DNA of 63,812 nucleotides, counting the filler, from Intoshia linei (Eukaryota; Animalia; Orthonectida): NCBI GenBank assembly GCA_001642005.1. It is 3 parts of 3 records of this genome, joined end to end, with 100 filler letters (N's around TTAATTAATTAA, not from the genome) between each part and the next. Parts side by side here need not be neighbours in the genome. Positions count along the whole stretch, not along the records: positions 43,643 to 63,812 come from LWCA01000696.1; 2 more parts are not named here. The stretch is one strand, 5' to 3'. Below the pieces are notes generated by a model. It did not search any database and had not been told where the DNA came from. It was given only the letters and a program-made list of their open reading frames with translations. The stretch's first letter is position 1. Each line of letters starts with the position of its first letter. Positions 62,101 to 63,812 of the stretch are shown here, one piece after another. Both the position numbers and the translations under genes were made by a program.

Positions 62101-63621
62101 ATACAGCATACTGTTTTCTAAGAATTCAAAAATCTAGGTTTTAATCTCAGAAATTAACCTTATACTTTTAGTCATTATCAAATCATTACAACCACCAAGT
62201 CTACCAAGTGTTAGCAATTTAATGTAATATAGAATTTAAATTTTAAAAAAACTTGAAAAAAATTGATAATGTCTGAATTTAGGAGTGACTATTTGAAACT
62301 CCAAACTTATACAATATAATTAAACAATACCTGATAGTGTCACGTTGAGAAGTCAATAATTCAATTTTTTTTTGAAGAATATCTTTGTTATTTTGAAAAG
62401 TTGTACTTCTCTAAAAATATTAAAAAACAAAAACAAAAAACAAAAATGGCAAAAATACTTTGGAAAAATTCAAACGGTATTTCTAACAATCCCAATATTT
62501 AACATTTTGACCAATCGTTTCGCTGTGCCCGTAATAAAATTAAAACCCAGTGTAAATGTAACCTTTCACATGATAAAACTAGTGATGCGACGATTCCTAA
62601 AAAAGAACGATTCCAGATTCCTTGGAATCGTCGCATCATTAGATGAAACATTATAATAACAGGGCAACACAATATACTTTAATTATGCAAGTATAAACCC
62701 ATTTAATCATATTAATTTAATTTAAAGAAAATACTGAACGTAAGGTCGAAATTTCATCAAATATAGCATTTTTGGGATCTTCTAGATCAATAATCATATC
62801 ATTTTCACAATACTAAATAATGATAATAATTTTTAATAATAAATAATGAAAAAAATCTAGGCTATTACCCAATTTTTTAATTTTTCAAAAAAATGAGTAA
62901 GTTGTGGCTTGGCCGTACATATGCAAGTTTCAGATAATAAAATTAATGAACCAACATTAGGCTTGAAAAACTGTATTTAAATTTTAATTTTATAAAATTC
63001 ACAGAGATTTACATTTATCTCATCATCTATATCGGAAAAATACTGACTTAGCATTTGTATTTTTAGAATTAAGGTCTATCAGTTTTCTAAATAAATGGTT
63101 ACACACAGACACACTTTTACTTAATGATTATGAAATTTTTTGAATTAATTAATCAATGTCCGTAGAGTTGACTTCGCATATCTTCTTTACCTTCGGTCCG
63201 AATCATCTGGTTATTTACAAAACACATCTTGGCATAATCAAGAGAATATGTAAATATAAGATAATGTTTACACAAATTAAGAAATATCTTTATATATTTT
63301 ACATTATCTATTAGTTTACAATAATATATCCTTAACGATCGGCCTTTAAGTTCTCTCCACAATACTACTGTTTAATAACCGTTAAAAAGATTGAAAAATA
63401 TGTAACAGGACACAAAATTTCACATAAAAACAAAAAACATTTATACTCTATAATTATCATACATGTATTACAAAAACATACAATGTGTTACATACTATAA
63501 CAAATAACAAATAAACAAATAAATACAAACCAACATATTTCCATTTTTTTCAACTGAATCGGCTTCGTCATTATTTTCAATTTTATCACAATCTCCAGTT
63601 AATTCAGATAATTTTTTGGTC
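53111..63621 (-). CDS. ZFC3H1: ZFC3H1-like gene, probable full extent (outer exons tentative)
   Basis: Core exon listed separately. Additional clean GT-AG bounded open exons on the same strand: coiled-coil segments at ~59630-59870, ~60950-61130 and ~62330-62410; 63532-63621; and 3' exons IMAISKHPYDFTFLEE | CIMSK..DKN* ending 53111. Joins not fully resolved. Confidence 0.5.
53922..54700 (-). mobile_element. Helitron-family element (long variant, degenerate terminus)
   Basis: tgtactacgtacaaacagcacctagctctgccgagggcac, plus body modules shared with the 13715, 26008 and 29068 copies. Confidence 0.7.
54803..54834. other. Assembly gap with duplicated flanks
   Basis: N-run with tatttttcaccaggaatgcgtagatttctg on both sides, consistent with an unmerged contig overlap. 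Confidence 0.9.
54990..56319 (-). mobile_element. Tc1-family transposon with disrupted transposase
   Basis: TA|CAGTGTCGG terminus at 56319. Paired-like HTH (..GVSRSSV..RSGRPR.LS.RDER), VLFTDESKI, SIMVWGAI, FQ*DNAPCH and WPPQSPDIN across frameshifts. Confidence 0.9.
56836..59267 (-). CDS. ZFC3H1: ZFC3H1 core exon (zf-C3H1 finger plus helical repeat region), 2432 nt
   Basis: YSSILETFKFFRY.P...SPTYS...P...CMFEINGKCNDDNCKFQH is the ZFC3H1/Red1 C3H1 signature, followed by LE..L...P....W..FL HAT/TPR-like repeats. Confidence 0.85.
60379..60698. mobile_element. hAT MITE of the CAGGGGTGCACAAC family
   Basis: Ends caggcgtgcacaacc / gtgcaccctg; body inverted-similar to 9926 and 48265; TSD not preserved. 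Confidence 0.6.
61843..62084. mobile_element. hAT-type MITE
   Basis: Ends cagagccgaaccta / taggtttgacactg; flanks atcgtata / gtcgtaca. Confidence 0.5.
62580..62641. mobile_element. 62-bp micro-MITE
   Basis: 18-bp TIR with 1 mismatch (tagtgatgcgacgattcc / ggaatcgtcgcatcatta); 8-bp flanks gataaaac / gatgaaac. Confidence 0.7.
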
Positions 63622-63812
63622 TAAACATAAAGGAATAATATGCCAATAATGATTGTGCCGGGGAAAAAAAACCGGGGGAAAATTTCAGGGATATTTAATA
63701 ATTTCCGGGATTTTTACGATTTCCCGGAATTTCCTAAAAAAATTGAGATATACCTGTTTTTGATTTATGTTTGTTATTACTATGAAAATATGATTATATT
63801 ATAATATTTAAA

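Overview
Very AT-rich eukaryotic (animal) genomic DNA using the standard code, with many minimal GT-AG introns (32-52 nt) alongside TE-filled long introns, and three assembly gaps. The intron sizes and gene content suggest a compact-genome parasitic invertebrate such as an orthonectid; this is inference only. Host genes, in order: the 3' 11 exons of cytoplasmic asparaginyl-tRNA synthetase; a tandem array of four intronless, signal-peptide-bearing, highly divergent serpin-fold genes; CLEC16A/gop-1; the C-terminal half of a FAAH-like amidase; an LCAT/PLA2G15-like lipase with a decayed tandem duplicate; transportin-3; a pseudogenised FMRFamide-receptor-like GPCR; and ZFC3H1. Intergenic and intronic DNA is dense with TE relics: piggyBac, Chapaev3-like, Tigger/pogo, hAT, Tc1, Gypsy gag-pro, hAT MITEs with 8-bp TSDs, and a multi-copy non-autonomous Helitron family. 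The most striking feature is the serpin-like array. All four lack the inhibitory hinge. In two members the reactive-centre loop is expanded to ~85-100 aa around a ~65% Lys/Arg repeat tract with convertase-like sites; the other two carry a neutral Ser/Thr/Gly loop. This looks like a lineage-specific secreted scaffold displaying cationic peptides. All family assignments come from motif recognition by eye, not database searches.
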